Source: Eledone cirrhosa
Lineage: Eukaryota
Direction: 5' to 3'
Assembly (NCBI GenBank): GCA_964016885.1
Contig: OZ024743.1
Location: forward strand, 158,224,001 to 158,288,000
DNA: 64,000 nt
In this document: positions 39,989 through 52,521 of the stretch, one piece after another
How positions within the stretch are numbered: position 1 is the stretch's first letter
Layout of the letters: each line of letters opens with the position of its first letter
Translations under genes and position numbers: made by a program
Notes under the pieces: model-generated
What the model saw: the letters and a program-made list of their open reading frames with translations, nothing else
Database searches by the model: none
What the model was told of the DNA's origin: nothing

Positions 39989-40310
39989 CACATGGCTTAG
40001 TGGTTAGAGCATTCGCCTTGCAATCGAAAGGTTGTGAGTTCAGTTCTCGGACCGGGTGATGTGTTGTTTCCTTGAGCAAGACACTTTATTTCACATTGCT
40101 CCAGTTTACTCAGCTGTAGAAATGAGGACTGGGATCCCTATCATTCCACTGTAAAGTGGTCATGGAGGTGCCACAGCAAAAAGGGACTCAGCACTCACTG
40201 TAAATGAGGTTGATGTTTGGAAGGGCATCCAGCTGTAGAAATCAAGCCAGAATCAGTTCCCACCATTGCAAGCAGAGAAAAGCGGATGTAAAATGATGAT
40301 GATGATGATA
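39987..40310 (+). mobile_element. tRNA-derived CORE/V-like SINE with RTE-derived 3' part and (GAT)n tail
   Basis: tggcttagtggttagagc A box, gagttcagttc B box, tccttgagcaagacactt core, ggaagggcatccagc motif, tail aaagcggatgtaaatgatgat. Confidence 0.8.
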
Positions 40311-40333
40311 TATATATACATATATATATATAC

Positions 40334-40365
<32 letters not shown>

Positions 40366-41010
40366 GATGTTAGGGCTGCTACTGGTACCATGTAGCCCAG
40401 TACAACCTGTTTCATGGTCGGCGACTAAACCAGCTCCCCCACCAGACCCTGGTGAGGACAAAACAAGAGCTGTCATAGGGCGGATGAACTCCCCAAATAG
40501 CCTCACCAACCTGAAATTGACTAAATGGGGTGAGTACGGCTACAACCCCATGACAATAACACATGCTTTCTTCATATCTATCCTGTTATCTTGCCTTGGC
40601 TTGTCACTGGAGTGAGTGCTAAATTTGTGGCACAAGCACATAGCATTGCCATCTGTATCTGCAGATATTTCTTTACAAGTCCCACAGTGGTGGAGGAGTT
40701 GTATCATGTGCAGACTCAACTGGTTAGAAACACATAGTCACAAATCTCCACATGGGCAACTGAAGTCTTAGCCTACCTAATGTCACTTCACTGTTAACCT
40801 GAACGGCAACATGCTAGAATATCTGAGCAGCCCTTATGGGGGGAATGCACTGCTCACCCATACCACATGGGACACTCCTAGAAAAGTTGACCTCAACAAA
40901 GCCTCTTCAGCCATCAAACTGGCCAGCATGCTGCAGGTGACAGTGATTCATAATAGCAGAAAATTTGTTGAAGTGATGGCCATCTTCTGTAAAGAAGTGG
41001 CAGTTATCAT
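40366..41010 (+). mobile_element. Diverged relative of the 27578-28187 non-coding element
   Basis: shared head gctactggtaccatgtagcccagtacaacctgtttcatggtcg..gactaaac, shared middle and tail; (TA)n at both ends. Confidence 0.6.
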
Positions 41011-41389
41011 AGATATATATACATATATATCAATATGTAAAATACCAACTGCAGTGCCAAGTGGTTTCAGTGCCAAAACTGCTTGACGCTGCAGTCGAGA
41101 TTTTATATATCTCAATACCCACTCTGCATCTCGCCATGCATTGATTCCATGGTCTCAGCACCACATACTCTCTCTCTCTCTCTCTCTCTCTCTCGCTCTC
41201 TCTCTCTCGCTCTCTCTCTCTCGCTCTCTCTCTCTATCTATCTCTCTTTCTCTCTCTCTCTCTCTTTATATATATATATATCCAGGGAGTGTAACGTGAA
41301 GTTACTGTAGGTTCACCCAGGTGAGCACTCGATGTTTAGGTTCACATCAGTATCAAGGTGTAGAGCTAGACCGAGTGTAATATAATAAT

Positions 41390-41482
41390 GGTTGGGGGAG
41401 GGGAAATCGACCTCAGTGTGTGACTGGTACTTTCCGTAAGGATGAAAGGCAAAGTTAACCTCAGCGGAATTTGAACTCAAGA
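41390..41482 (-). mobile_element. MetaSINE-like SINE fragment
   Basis: reverse complement of gagttcaaattccgctgaggttaactttgcctttcatccttacgg. Confidence 0.75.
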
Positions 41483-41509
41483 GTGTAATATAATAATACA
41501 AGGACGAAT

Positions 41510-41584
41510 GGTTACTTCATTACGTTTATCTGATCAGTAGCGAAACTCGCGTCACCAACCAATAAACGTAATGAAAGAGTAACC
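41510..41584 (+). ncRNA. Degenerate minimal (PLE-type) hammerhead within a long hairpin
   Basis: ggttacttcattacgtttat CTGATCA gtagc GAAA ctcgc GTC accaacca ataaacgtaatga..agtaacc; G-to-C change in the core. Confidence 0.5.
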
Positions 41585-41619
41585 TTGTATTATTATTATT
41601 TATATATATATATATAGCT

Positions 41620-42850
41620 TGAGGAATTTGGAGACAGAGGGCAACCTGGAGGAGAAGGATATGGAAGTTGAAAGAGCCCTCAACTAGTAACAAATTCAAA
41701 TTTAAAGGTATGTTGCTCAATGCCTACGACAGTAAGGAAGAACAAATAGAGAGATTCAATATAGAAGAGCATTGGTAGTTCCTGAAAGATAATCTGCTGA
41801 AGGTGACAGATGAGATCTGTGAATAGAGCAAGACTACAGGGAGGAGAATGACTTGGTGGTGGAGCAATAAGGTAGATGAGACAATTAAGGCCAAGAGACA
41901 GGCATGGAAAAAATGGATGCATGGGGTAGGGTAGTGGCCAGGAGGGAAACTAGGCGACAAGTATACTTAGCTAGAAGGGAAAATTCAAGCATGTTTTGCA
42001 GCAGGACGACCAGAAACGGGAGGTGTTCAGGATTGCGAGGCAGTATGTCAGAGAAAATTGTAATGTCATTGGAGAGAAGTGTGTCTGTAATGATAAAGTT
42101 GTGCTTGCCCTCACAAGTGCTGAGAAGAAAGCTGCATGGAAGAGCCATTATGAAAGATTACTGAATGAGGAGAATGAATAGGAGAAAGAGATCCTACCCC
42201 AAGTGGACCCAACAGAGGGCCAAGCCGTACAAGTCAGCAGCAATGTAGTAAGTAAGGCAATTATGAATATGAAGACTGGGAAAACAGCCAGTCCATCAGG
42301 GATAGTTGCCAAGATGCTGACAGCATCTGGGTCAGTGGGTCACATTTGAACCACTCATATTGTAAACCAAGAAATACTAGATGGTGTCATACAGAATGAT
42401 TGACACAGCAGCATCATTATCAACTGCTACAAGAGTACAAGCAACACAGATGCTCTCTTCCTTGTGAAGCATCTACAGGAGACATACCTAGCTAAAAGTA
42501 AGCCATTCTACTTGATATTTGTTGATTTGGAAAAAGCTTCTGACAGAGTCCCCCGTGCCATAATCTGATGGGCTCTTAGAAAACTAGAAGTAGATGAGTG
42601 GCTTGTGAAGGCTATACAAGCCATGTATAGAAGAAACTACAACTATAGTGAGGAGTTTAGCGTACAGGTTGACATCCACAAGGGCTCTGTTTATTATCAT
42701 TCTGAAGGCTGTAACATAGGAGTTCAAGACTGGCTGCCCACAGGAACTCCTGTATGCAGATGATCTTACACTCATAGCTGAATTAGAGAAGAAATTGCAA
42801 ATCTGGAAGCTTGGCCTAGAAACAAAGGGTCTTCAAGTCAATCCTGATAA
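41620..42850 (+). mobile_element. Old degenerate RTE LINE fragment
   Basis: WWWSNKVDETIKAKRQAWKKW, VFRIARQ, FVDLEKASDRVP and ELLYADDL in broken frames. Confidence 0.8.
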
Positions 42851-43014
42851 GGAGCAAAACACTCCAAAACAATTGTCAATTGTATTCTCTCAGCTACTGC
42901 TGGAACAAAAGGATGGCATTAGCCATCTAACACATGGTGTTTATGAGGCTGTTTGCTTGCAACAAGCTAAATATTAATAATATTATGATATTATTATAAT
43001 ATTATTAGCAGTAG

Positions 43015-43390
43015 TTTGGCAGTATCGGTAGAGGGTCGGATGCCATGCTTTCCAGCATAGAGTTACGTCCCTTTACGGTCTGAGTTAAAATCCCACCGAG
43101 GTTAACTTTGCCTTTCATCCTTATGGGGTCGATAAAATAAAGTACCAGTAATACACTGGGATAATTGCTGGCTTTCTGCCAAAAATAGAAACAATAATTA
43201 TAATATTTGTCAGTATCGGTAGAGGGTCAGGCGCCATGCTTTGCAACAAAGAGTTACGGCCCTTTATGATCTGAGTTCAAATCCTGCCGAGGTTAAATTT
43301 ACCTTTCATCCTTACGGGGTCGATAAAATAAATTACCAGTAATGCACTGGAATAATTGCTGGCCTTGTGCCAAAAGTAGAAACAATTATT
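43015..43390 (+). mobile_element. Two tandem MetaSINE-like SINEs
   Basis: two copies of the 12578 family separated by an ATT-rich tail. Confidence 0.85.
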
Positions 43391-43444
43391 ATTCACTTAC
43401 GAATACATTTAGGTATCTACCACATTAAGAGTGAAAACAAATTT

Positions 43445-43475
<31 letters not shown>

Positions 43476-44014
43476 ATATATAAATCTCTTTTTCAATTTA
43501 TTTATTTGTATTTTATTCATTTTATTTATTTTATTTTTTTGTCAGAACATACTAACTTGTATTCTGTTAGTGTGTTATAAAATATTCAAATATACAATAA
43601 GTCTTTGAATTATATAACTCTGCTTATTGTTAAACAATGCCATATTCTTTCCTTCTGTCTTAAATGTGTTAAGATCTTATATTTTCAACTCATATATTTG
43701 TTCATAAATTGAAGGTTTTAAGATGTTTAACTGTTTCTTTGTTGCAGTGGAATAGTGTCACTAACCTGATTGTGGATGTATGACAATAATTTTAACATTT
43801 TATACTCTAATGGCAAAAGCTAACTTCAGTGAGATATGAACTCAGAACATAAGGGACCATAACTATATTCCGCAAAGCATGTTGTCTGACACCCTACTGA
43901 TACTCCTAAAATAATAACAAGCAAAACCTTTCAAAATTGAACATTTTATAAATGTTCTTATTTTTATTTTGATAAATTTATATATCATCTTAATTTTCTT
44001 TCATTATATTAAAG

Positions 44015-44292
44015 GGAGGTGGAATGGCAGTGTCATTAGAGTGTCTGACAACATGCTTTGCAACACTTTCTGAGTTCAAATCCTGTTGAGGTTAGCTTTA
44101 CTTTACATCCTCACAGGGTCAATTTAATTGACTTTCCCCTCACCCAGAATTGTTGGCCTTATGTCTAAATTAGAAACCATAAATCCCGCCGAGGTTGACT
44201 TTACCTTTCATCCTTACGGAGTCGATAAAATAAAGTACCAGTAATGCACTGGGTAATTGCTGGCCTTATGTCTAAATTAGAAACCATTATAT
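44015..44292 (+). mobile_element. SINE plus truncated SINE in tandem
   Basis: core repeated at ~44085 and ~44190, each ending tggccttatgtctaaattagaaaccat. Confidence 0.8.
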
Positions 44293-44896
44293 TAAAGATT
44301 CCAATTATGTCTTCAATTTTCTTCAATAGATAAGCTCAGTTAAAGCATAACACTCAAATGTGTTATAATAAAACATTTTAGTATGTCTTTGATTTCTTTG
44401 CATAGTTGTGGTTGTTAAATGTGTAACACTCATATCATGACAAGCAGAATAATATTATAGAGAGTTTGTGTTGCATTAATGTTTTTGTATACTATGGATA
44501 TTGCAGAGTCTTCATCTAGCAGACATAATGGCACCCATTGTAGCCTGCTTACCAGCAGCAGAATGTAATACTTTGTAGTATGTTAACAGATATAATAATA
44601 CTTTTGTGATCTGATAGTAGTAGAAGGATTGGCACATGATGTAACCAACCAGGAGGCAGAATATCTCCCTTTTTGATCTGCTAACAGATAGAAATATATC
44701 ATTTGCGTGCCTACAGACAGATTGGAACCCTGGAACCCCTTGAGATATATTAGCAGTCAGTTTGGCTCCTTTGTGATATGTTTCCAAACAAAACTGCCTG
44801 CTAGCTAACGATTTGATTTTATCAACTATTGGAAAATATTTGGTAATGACATAAACAAACTCGGTTAAGATAATAGTGTATAATTCTTTTATGAAT

Positions 44897-45075
44897 ATCA
44901 TCATCATCATGGTCTTCATATGTCAGCTTTTCCATGCTTGCATGGGTTGTACAGGTCTTTTCCAGCACTCATAGCATCGCTTTGTCATTTCATCTGTGAT
45001 GTTCAGCATTTTGAGATCAGTTCTAACTACCTCTGCCCACTTTTTCTTCACCTTCCAGGGGGTTTGCTCATGATC
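44897..45075 (-). mobile_element. RTE 3' end fragment
   Basis: KKWAEVVRTDLKMLNITDEMTK and (GAT)n-type tail. Confidence 0.7.
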
Positions 45076-45640
45076 AGCCCTGTTCCAACTGAATGATGAC
45101 CAAAGGTATTCCATCCTTTGTCATACAATTATTTTGTATATCTAAGATAACATTGGCTAATGTGTCCATCTTAAGTAGATTGCCTGTGTGTTTCAAAGAT
45201 TTGAGGGATATAGTAACATTTCTGTACATTTATGGATAGAGGATTAATAAAAAAACAAAAAGAGCTACAGCTTGGAAAAAATAATTAGCAAAGTGTTTTT
45301 GTTGTTGTTGTTGTTGTTTTTGTATAGCCCAAGTCATCTTTTTTTAAGAATGCCTGTGATGTAATGCAGGTAATTGGTCAAAGGTCTGGATGTGACCCCA
45401 CATCCAAAAGATCCATCTAGTTAAGGTGCACCCTAGTAAGTTATGGTAGTTTTTGTTGCTGCTTAGCCCTAGGTCAGAACAAATTGAGCAGTTCTATGAT
45501 CAAAAGCATGACCATCCAATCTGTAAATTTGCAGAGCTAATCAATCCAAAGTAACATGTAAACAAGTAATGTAAAAATGTTACTTGTGACTATATTTTAC
45601 TACTTTCTTTTTTTTTCTTTTTTTTTCTTTCTCTCGCTAG

Positions 45641-45908
45641 TTCAAGTTATCAAACAAAAAGCAATTCTGCTTCAAAGTTGGATGGATTCCATCCACTGCC
45701 CTTGACACGGTCCAGTTCACTTAGTCAACTCAACAACAGGTCATCAGAAATGCAACATAATTATAGTAATTCATGGCTGAACCGAAGTTTTTGCAGTTTT
45801 GAAAGCAATGATCCTATTTTGAAGGAACTGAGAGACTGTTTGGAGGACAGTGAGAATAGAAGAACAAATCTAATCGAGAAGTTGAAAGAAGCACAGAATA
45901 CTTTGCAG
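45641..45908 (+). CDS. Host coiled-coil gene exon
   Basis: long polypyrimidine tract + ag; SSYQTK...LKELRDCLEDSENRRTNLIEKLKEAQNTLQ; donor cag|gt, phase 0. Confidence 0.88.
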
Positions 45909-46438
45909 GTTTGATATTTATTAATCTTTAATGATATGTCATTATTCAATATAATTATAATTTCAAAGACGTTTTTAAAGATAAACGATTTTTTGGTATT
46001 TACACATTTACTATGCTTTGAACAAACAAGAGAGCTTCTATGTACTTGTTCAATCTGCAAGATACAACAGCTACATCTTTATATCATACTTGGCAGCCTT
46101 TAAAAAAGGAGAGAGCTACATTGAATATTCTGTGACTATAAAAACAAAACAAAAAATGCTTAAGCATTTTTACATTTTCATCATCATATTTCTTATGAAA
46201 TACACTGCCTATGTGTTTCAGTGATATTTGAAAATAACCAAATATGTGGATGAATTTAATAAAGTGACTTTTTTCCTTAGTAAGTTAATATTCAGAACAT
46301 TACTTTTCCAAAATAAAATTACAATGGAAGATTTTAATATAAGGATAAAAATTTAAAAAGTAACAGTTTCTTTTCATAAATCCAAAGTATTTTGAAATAC
46401 AGTCTTTATAAAAACTGTTCTGATTGGTTGTTTTCTAG

Positions 46439-46522
46439 GGACAAAGTGAGAGACTATCTAAGATTGAAATAACGTCAAAAGGTAACAGTTCCATGCTGAC
46501 TGAATTGAAAAAGAAAGAATCG
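46439..46522 (+). CDS. Host coiled-coil gene exon
   Basis: ttttctag| GQSERLSKIEITSKGNSSMLTELKKKES |gtaagt; 84 nt, phase 0-0. Confidence 0.85.
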
Positions 46523-47301
46523 GTAAGTATCTGAAAAAATATGCATAACAGACATTTTACACCCCAATTACGATTATTGTGTTTTTTGTATAATCTGGCT
46601 AAAATATCGTAGAAAGTGATACATCTTAAACTTATTTAATATTAAGACTTTTTATGGCTTAATGAGAGGGAAAAGGGTAGCATCCATGACTTTCTTGTGG
46701 TGACTCTATGACTGGTGGGAGACAATGAAGAAGAAATTATAACTAATGGTTAGCTGATGTAAGAAGTAGTGTATCAGATGCCAGAAACCTAGCATTTGCA
46801 CAGTTTCCATCTTTCTAAAATGCAGTGCTGTGAGATTAAAATAGGAACAAAGTGATATTTATATACAGCTTTGTCATACAGTATCATGGTGATTTGGTCT
46901 GATAATTATATTAAATGTACAAATGTCTGTAGAATATTCAGCCCTGTACATTAAAATCCATGATTAGCTAGTTCCATTGCTCAGAAAACCGAAATACTTA
47001 TCAAAACCAGCATGAAATTCCTTTAGTTTTATTAGTTTTATGTATGTGGGGTTGTGCATGTATGTGTGTGTATGTGTGTGTTTATAAAGTCTTCCCTGCT
47101 CCAGAACAAATCAATTCTTGCTTACACTCAGTGTGTTTATGTATGTGTGTGTATGTGCATATATATGTGTTTGTGAGTCTATGTATGTGTGTATGTGAGT
47201 GTATAGGTGTTTGTGTATGTATGTATATATGCATGTATGTGTGTATGTGTGTGTGTCTGTGTGTGTGCGCATGTGTGTATAGCTTGTGTTTTATGTTTCA
47301 G

Positions 47302-47399
47302 GATTACAAGAAGAAACTTCTGGAACTGGAGAAAATGAAAACAGAAAGAAATCAACTGAAAATAGAAAAGAAATGTTTGATGGAAGAAATGCAACGAAG
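47302..47399 (+). CDS. Host coiled-coil gene exon
   Basis: tttcag| DYKKKLLELEKMKTERNQLKIEKKCLMEEMQR ag|gtaac; phase 0-2. Confidence 0.87.
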
Positions 47400-47419
47400 G
47401 TAACATCACAATTGTTTCA

Positions 47420-47870
47420 CACGGATTAATACACATATACACTAACACACACAGATTCATACATATATACACTAACACACACACACAGATATATACACAT
47501 ATACACTAACACACACAGATTCATACATATATACACTAACACACACACACAGATTCATACACATATATACTAACACACACACAGATATATACACATATAC
47601 ATTAACACACACACACACAGATTCATACATATATACACTAACACACACACACACACAGATTCATACATATATACACTAACACACACACAGATTCATACAT
47701 ATATACACTAACACACACACACACACAGATTCATACACATATATACTAACACACACACAGATATATACACATATACATTAACACACACACACAGATTCAT
47801 ACATATATACACTAACACACACACACAGATATATACACATATACACTAACATATACCTACATATACACTA
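47420..47870. repeat. Minisatellite of ~28-34-bp units
   Basis: repeated (ac)n-agattcatacatatatacacta. Confidence 0.9.
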
Positions 47871-48587
47871 CATAATTGTACCCCTCAAAGGTGATGACAT
47901 CAGACCATGATCTCTGATGTTATGCAGTAATATGTGTACAGCCTGAAGCATACGTGTAGTATGCACCACCTTCCCCTCCAATACTCCTTCTATACACTTC
48001 CCACATTGTAACATCCTACCCATGTCCTAACACCCTGCCCCTCACCCATACCTCTAGATCTACCTCTCCAATCCCCATGCACCTTCCCCACTGCAGCCCC
48101 GCGTCCACACTGTAAAGTGGTAGTTTTGGTGCCACAATAAAAACTACCCAGTCCACTCTGTAAATGTGGTTGGCATCAAGAAGGGCATCCAGCCATAGAA
48201 ACCAAACAAAAATCAGTTCTGTATGAACAAGACAGGGTCATCAGGCCTGGATTGTCTCACACTGGGCCAACTCATCTGACCCATGCTAGCAGAGAAAATG
48301 GATGTTAAACAATAATGATGATGATGATAAATACCCAGATAAAAGTATTTAGTAACATCTAAATAGAAACTAATTAACTTCATCCTTTTGCTGTTTCTGA
48401 TTTGGTTTTAGATTTTACTTCTGAATGATTTCAGCGTGTTAGTACAATAGGAAACAATATGAGCATAGATATGAAATATAATGAATATTTCATATATTGC
48501 CACTATAATAGAAATATCTTGAAGTTAAAAAAAAGTTAAAGTCTGTCCCAAACCATCAGGCTATCCCTAGTTTCAGTTTCCATTTAC

Positions 48588-49003
48588 AGAGAAGACCCGC
48601 CTTACCTAAATACATAGTAAAACCTACTACAGCCAGTAGGCATCTCTAACAAAATACACCCCGTCCCACCACCCCACCCCATCCACACCACCCCCTTCTA
48701 TGTAAAGTTATGTTGGTGCCACACCATCCAGGCCGAAACAAATGAGATCGTGTAGGTGTCACGACAAAAAAACACACAGTCCACGCTGTAATGTGGCCGT
48801 GTAGGCAACACGGTAAAAACCTCCCAGACCCACACTGTAAATGTGGTTGGTGTTAGGAAGGGCATCCAACTGTAGAAAACCTGCCAGACAGTCCTATGCA
48901 AGCAAGACAATCACTCTTGCCTCAAGTGGGAATACCCCCGTCCAAACCCATGCAAGCGTGGAACACGGACGTTAAACGTTGATGATGATGATGATGATGA
49001 TGA
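48588..49003 (+). mobile_element. RTE 3' UTR fragment with (GAT)n tail
   Basis: matches 5192-5423, then continues through aggaagggcatcc to the tail. Confidence 0.8.
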
Positions 49004-49184
49004 TTAAGAGTACAAGACTTCCCCCCTGGACATGATCCAGTCCATTGCAGGGTTAACTCCCGGCTACTGCTGGTACTCATTTTCAGCTGAGTGTATTGAA
49101 GCAACATAAAATGAAGTATTTTATTCAAAAACAAACGTGCCATCTCAACCAGGAATTGGACACACCTACATAAAATTATACAGC

Positions 49185-49780
49185 AGAGGATTGGCAGTAT
49201 CGGTAGAGGGTCGGACGCAATGCTTTGACGCATAGAGTTACGGCCCTTCCCGTTCTGAGTTCAAATCCCACCGAGGTTAACTTTGCCTTTCATCCTTACG
49301 GGGTCGATAAAATAAAGTACCATTAATGCACTGGGATAATTGCTGGCCTTGTGCCAAAAGTGGAAACAATTATTAAAATGATTTCAAGGCGGTGGATTGG
49401 CAAAATCGGTAGAGCATCAGACAACATACTTTGCAGCATAGCATTATGATCCTTTATGATTTGAGTTCAAATCCTGCTGAGGTTAAATTTGCCTTTCATC
49501 CTTACGGGGTCGATAAAATAAAGTACCAGTAATACACTGATAATGCTGGCCTTGTGCCAAAAGTAGAAACAATTATTAAAATGATTTAAACTCTTTGTTA
49601 TGCATCATTTTGCTTTGACAATAGATATAACTTATTTCAAGGTGGCAAATTGATAAAGTCATTAGAACATTGCATAGAGTGCTTTGTGATATTTCTTTCA
49701 GCTCTCTGCTCTCTGAGTTCAAATCCTGTCGAGGTCAACTTTGCCTTTCATCCATTCTAGGTTGACAAAAAAAATACTGG
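49185..49780 (+). mobile_element. Three tandem MetaSINE-like SINEs
   Basis: cores near 49270, 49480 and 49730. Confidence 0.85.
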
Positions 49781-50249
49781 GTCAATTCTTCCTCTATATC
49801 TTTTTTTCTGTCTTCCATTCTCTTATTTTCTATCCTTCACTGGAAGAAATCTGCTGTATTGCTGTATTCAGATCTGGAAAGGATTGGTCTCTGCTAGGTT
49901 TTAAAAAATGCCATAAAAATTCTGTATGTCAAAACACCACCCCTACAACACTGTCAGGACTTACAGGAACATGTATGCATGCATAACTTAGTACAAGTCA
50001 TGCCATCTTGACACACACTTGAAACTGGAAAAATATGGGTGACATTTAGTTCTCATATTTAATGTACACCCCTAATATTTGTTTGTATATGTGGGCCCCC
50101 AAAAAAACCTGAAGTGTCCCAGGGCGCCCAAAGTTTAAATCTGACCCTGTCTACACCCTTAATATTTTGGTTTAAAACTCTGGAAAAAAAGTACATATTA
50201 TGCATGAATAAGTATGGTATTTTCAATGTATGTATTTATGTATGACAAT

Positions 50250-50518
50250 AGTGAAAAGATGGAAGCTTGCTTGGTAGGGTCACATATCCTGCCACAACTC
50301 CTTGTCCAAAACCATCATTTAGGGTACAGCTGAGGGAGGGCGAAGAAGAGGCAGATAAAGAAAATCCTGGTCCAACAACATCAAAGACTGGACTGGTCAC
50401 AACACTGAGATTCTTCTACACATGATGGAGAATAAAGACCAATAGCAACAACTGATTGCAAAAGCATCAAGAGAAGCACCCCAATGGCTGCACCAGTTGT
50501 GGGAACATGAGGATGATG
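50250..50518 (+). mobile_element. RTE 3' fragment
   Basis: KLAW*GHI..SLSKTII*GTAEGGRRRGR*RKSW..NIKDWTG. Confidence 0.7.
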
Positions 50519-50571
50519 TATTTATGTATGAATACATAATATTCAACTTTATAACTGAATTTTGTTTTCAG

Positions 50572-50716
50572 ATTTGACAATGTCCAAACCCAATTGAAGA
50601 CATTGCAGTTTCGTTACCAAGGTTGTCAGAAAGACAATGAAAAAAAGATGAAACTTCTGGAACAATCAACTGAAGCTATCAAGATGGTGGAAGAGGAAAA
50701 TTACAAACTAATCAGG
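50572..50716 (+). CDS. Host coiled-coil gene exon
   Basis: ttttcag|a FDNVQTQLKTLQFRYQGCQKDNEKKMKLLEQSTEAIKMVEEENYKLIR |gtgag; phase 2-0. Confidence 0.88.
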
Positions 50717-52521
50717 GTGAGCAAAAAATTGAAATATAACCACTGATGTGTTGTCAATTAAGGTTTTTGTGAAAATAATGTGGATCACCTGAAAATTGTA
50801 TATCTGTTTCATTATGTCTTCCCATGTCTAACTGCCTATCTATCTCTGCCTGACCTTTTCTATCTATCTTTTCTTGTCTATCTGCCTGTCTCTGCATGTC
50901 TACCCCCATCTGTCTCTACCTGTCTTGGTGTATCTGTCTAACATTGTCTCTAATATGGAACATAGGAGCAAAAAGAGGTCCCTCCAACTCACCTAATCTC
51001 AAACTGTGACAACCTATCCAGCCATGCCTGATGGAAAGTAGGCATAAAATGATGATGAGGATGATCTCTGCCTGACTTTCAGTCTATTTCTGTCTATCTG
51101 TGTATATATATTCTTGTCTATATATTTGTCTGACTGCTTTTGTATCTGTCTTTGTCTATATTATATCAGATTCTGCCTCTCTTTTTATGCAGTTCTTTGT
51201 TTGTCTGCTATCTCGATACACATATTTTGCAACATCACACTTCATACTGAGGCATCATATAGTTGAGGCCTTATAGTCACCCCCCATAGTATTAAATGTA
51301 GTGTTTTACTTTTATCTAAGAGAACATTAGTAATACTATGTACTGGTACAAACCTGAACTGAATCTTGCCTCAGCTAATTCTCTTCCTAATTAGATGTGC
51401 TCTAAATTTTTCTGTTACATTCATAACTTGATCCATCAATTTCATACTTTTATAGCTGCTTCTTTCTAGAGCATCTTCTTTGTTCTTTTAATTATTGTTG
51501 GTAATATTGCTATACCATCCATTAGTGATGACATCTGTACTACCTTACTGACTATACAAATGATTGGTACATCTCTAATTCTTCAGCTATTTTCAGTATC
51601 TCCTGATAGTCTAGCTGCTTTCACTGCCTTCATATCCTTAACTACCCTTTCATCCATATGTAACTTTCAACTCCAATAGATAAACACTCGGTTGAGTCTG
51701 CTCCAGGTAGTCCCTCTCTCTATCTTAAATTCTCCTCCCTCAGCAAGTACTCCTAGTAGCATTTCCATACATCTTACTTCTTACTATCATTGAAGGCAAA
51801 TGGTTTGCTATCATTCAATATATGCTTTTCCCCAATAACATCCTGACACCTCTGATCCGCTTATTTTAGACCATTGGCAAGTATCTTACTTTCTGCTTTT
51901 CTTCCTGCTAAGAATATTTGATGTCCAGCTTCTCTTCAAGTTACCAGGTGTCTTGTGTGTTATAAGTCTCTGTCTCTTCCTTGTTATAGGTGTTGCCTTA
52001 TATTTCTTTGAACTTATTTATGGCTAAAGGATCTTTCAATTTTTAAACCTTCATTCTCCAAATTGCCTCATGTCTCTGGATTTATCCAGCTCTTACTGTG
52101 ATGTCATTGGTCTCCAGTCTATTTGGGTGTTACATTCTCTATTGGAAGAAATACTTATTATTCATAACCAGATGTATAGTATATTTCGTTGTGAGTGTAA
52201 AGTCTATTTGGCTTGTATATTCATTTGAATGGAAGCTGATCTGGTGGCTTGTCGGTTTCTTGAAGTTAGTACTACAAATACAACTCCAAAAGCTTTGATC
52301 TCACTTTATTCTTTACATGATATCCATCGACTTCATGGTCACTAGAGTAGCCTCCTTAGTGTTGTTCAATATGTCCATTAAAGTCATTAACTATAATTCC
52401 GATAGCTTACACATAAACATATAAAGACTAAAGAATAGTGACCAAGCATAAAATTGATGAAACTTTATGGTAACTAGATGCAATTTCTTTCCCAATCCAT
52501 ACTTTAACACCCCACCCCCTT

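Noticed and set aside
39987-40055. tRNA gene
   Set aside because: No acceptor stem; runs directly into a SINE core and RTE-derived tail
47420-47870. CRISPR-like array
   Set aside because: No unique spacers; a eukaryotic minisatellite built from (AC)n
51250-52400. Additional old LINE on the minus strand
   Set aside because: Composition looks LINE-like but the motifs are too decayed to assign by eye
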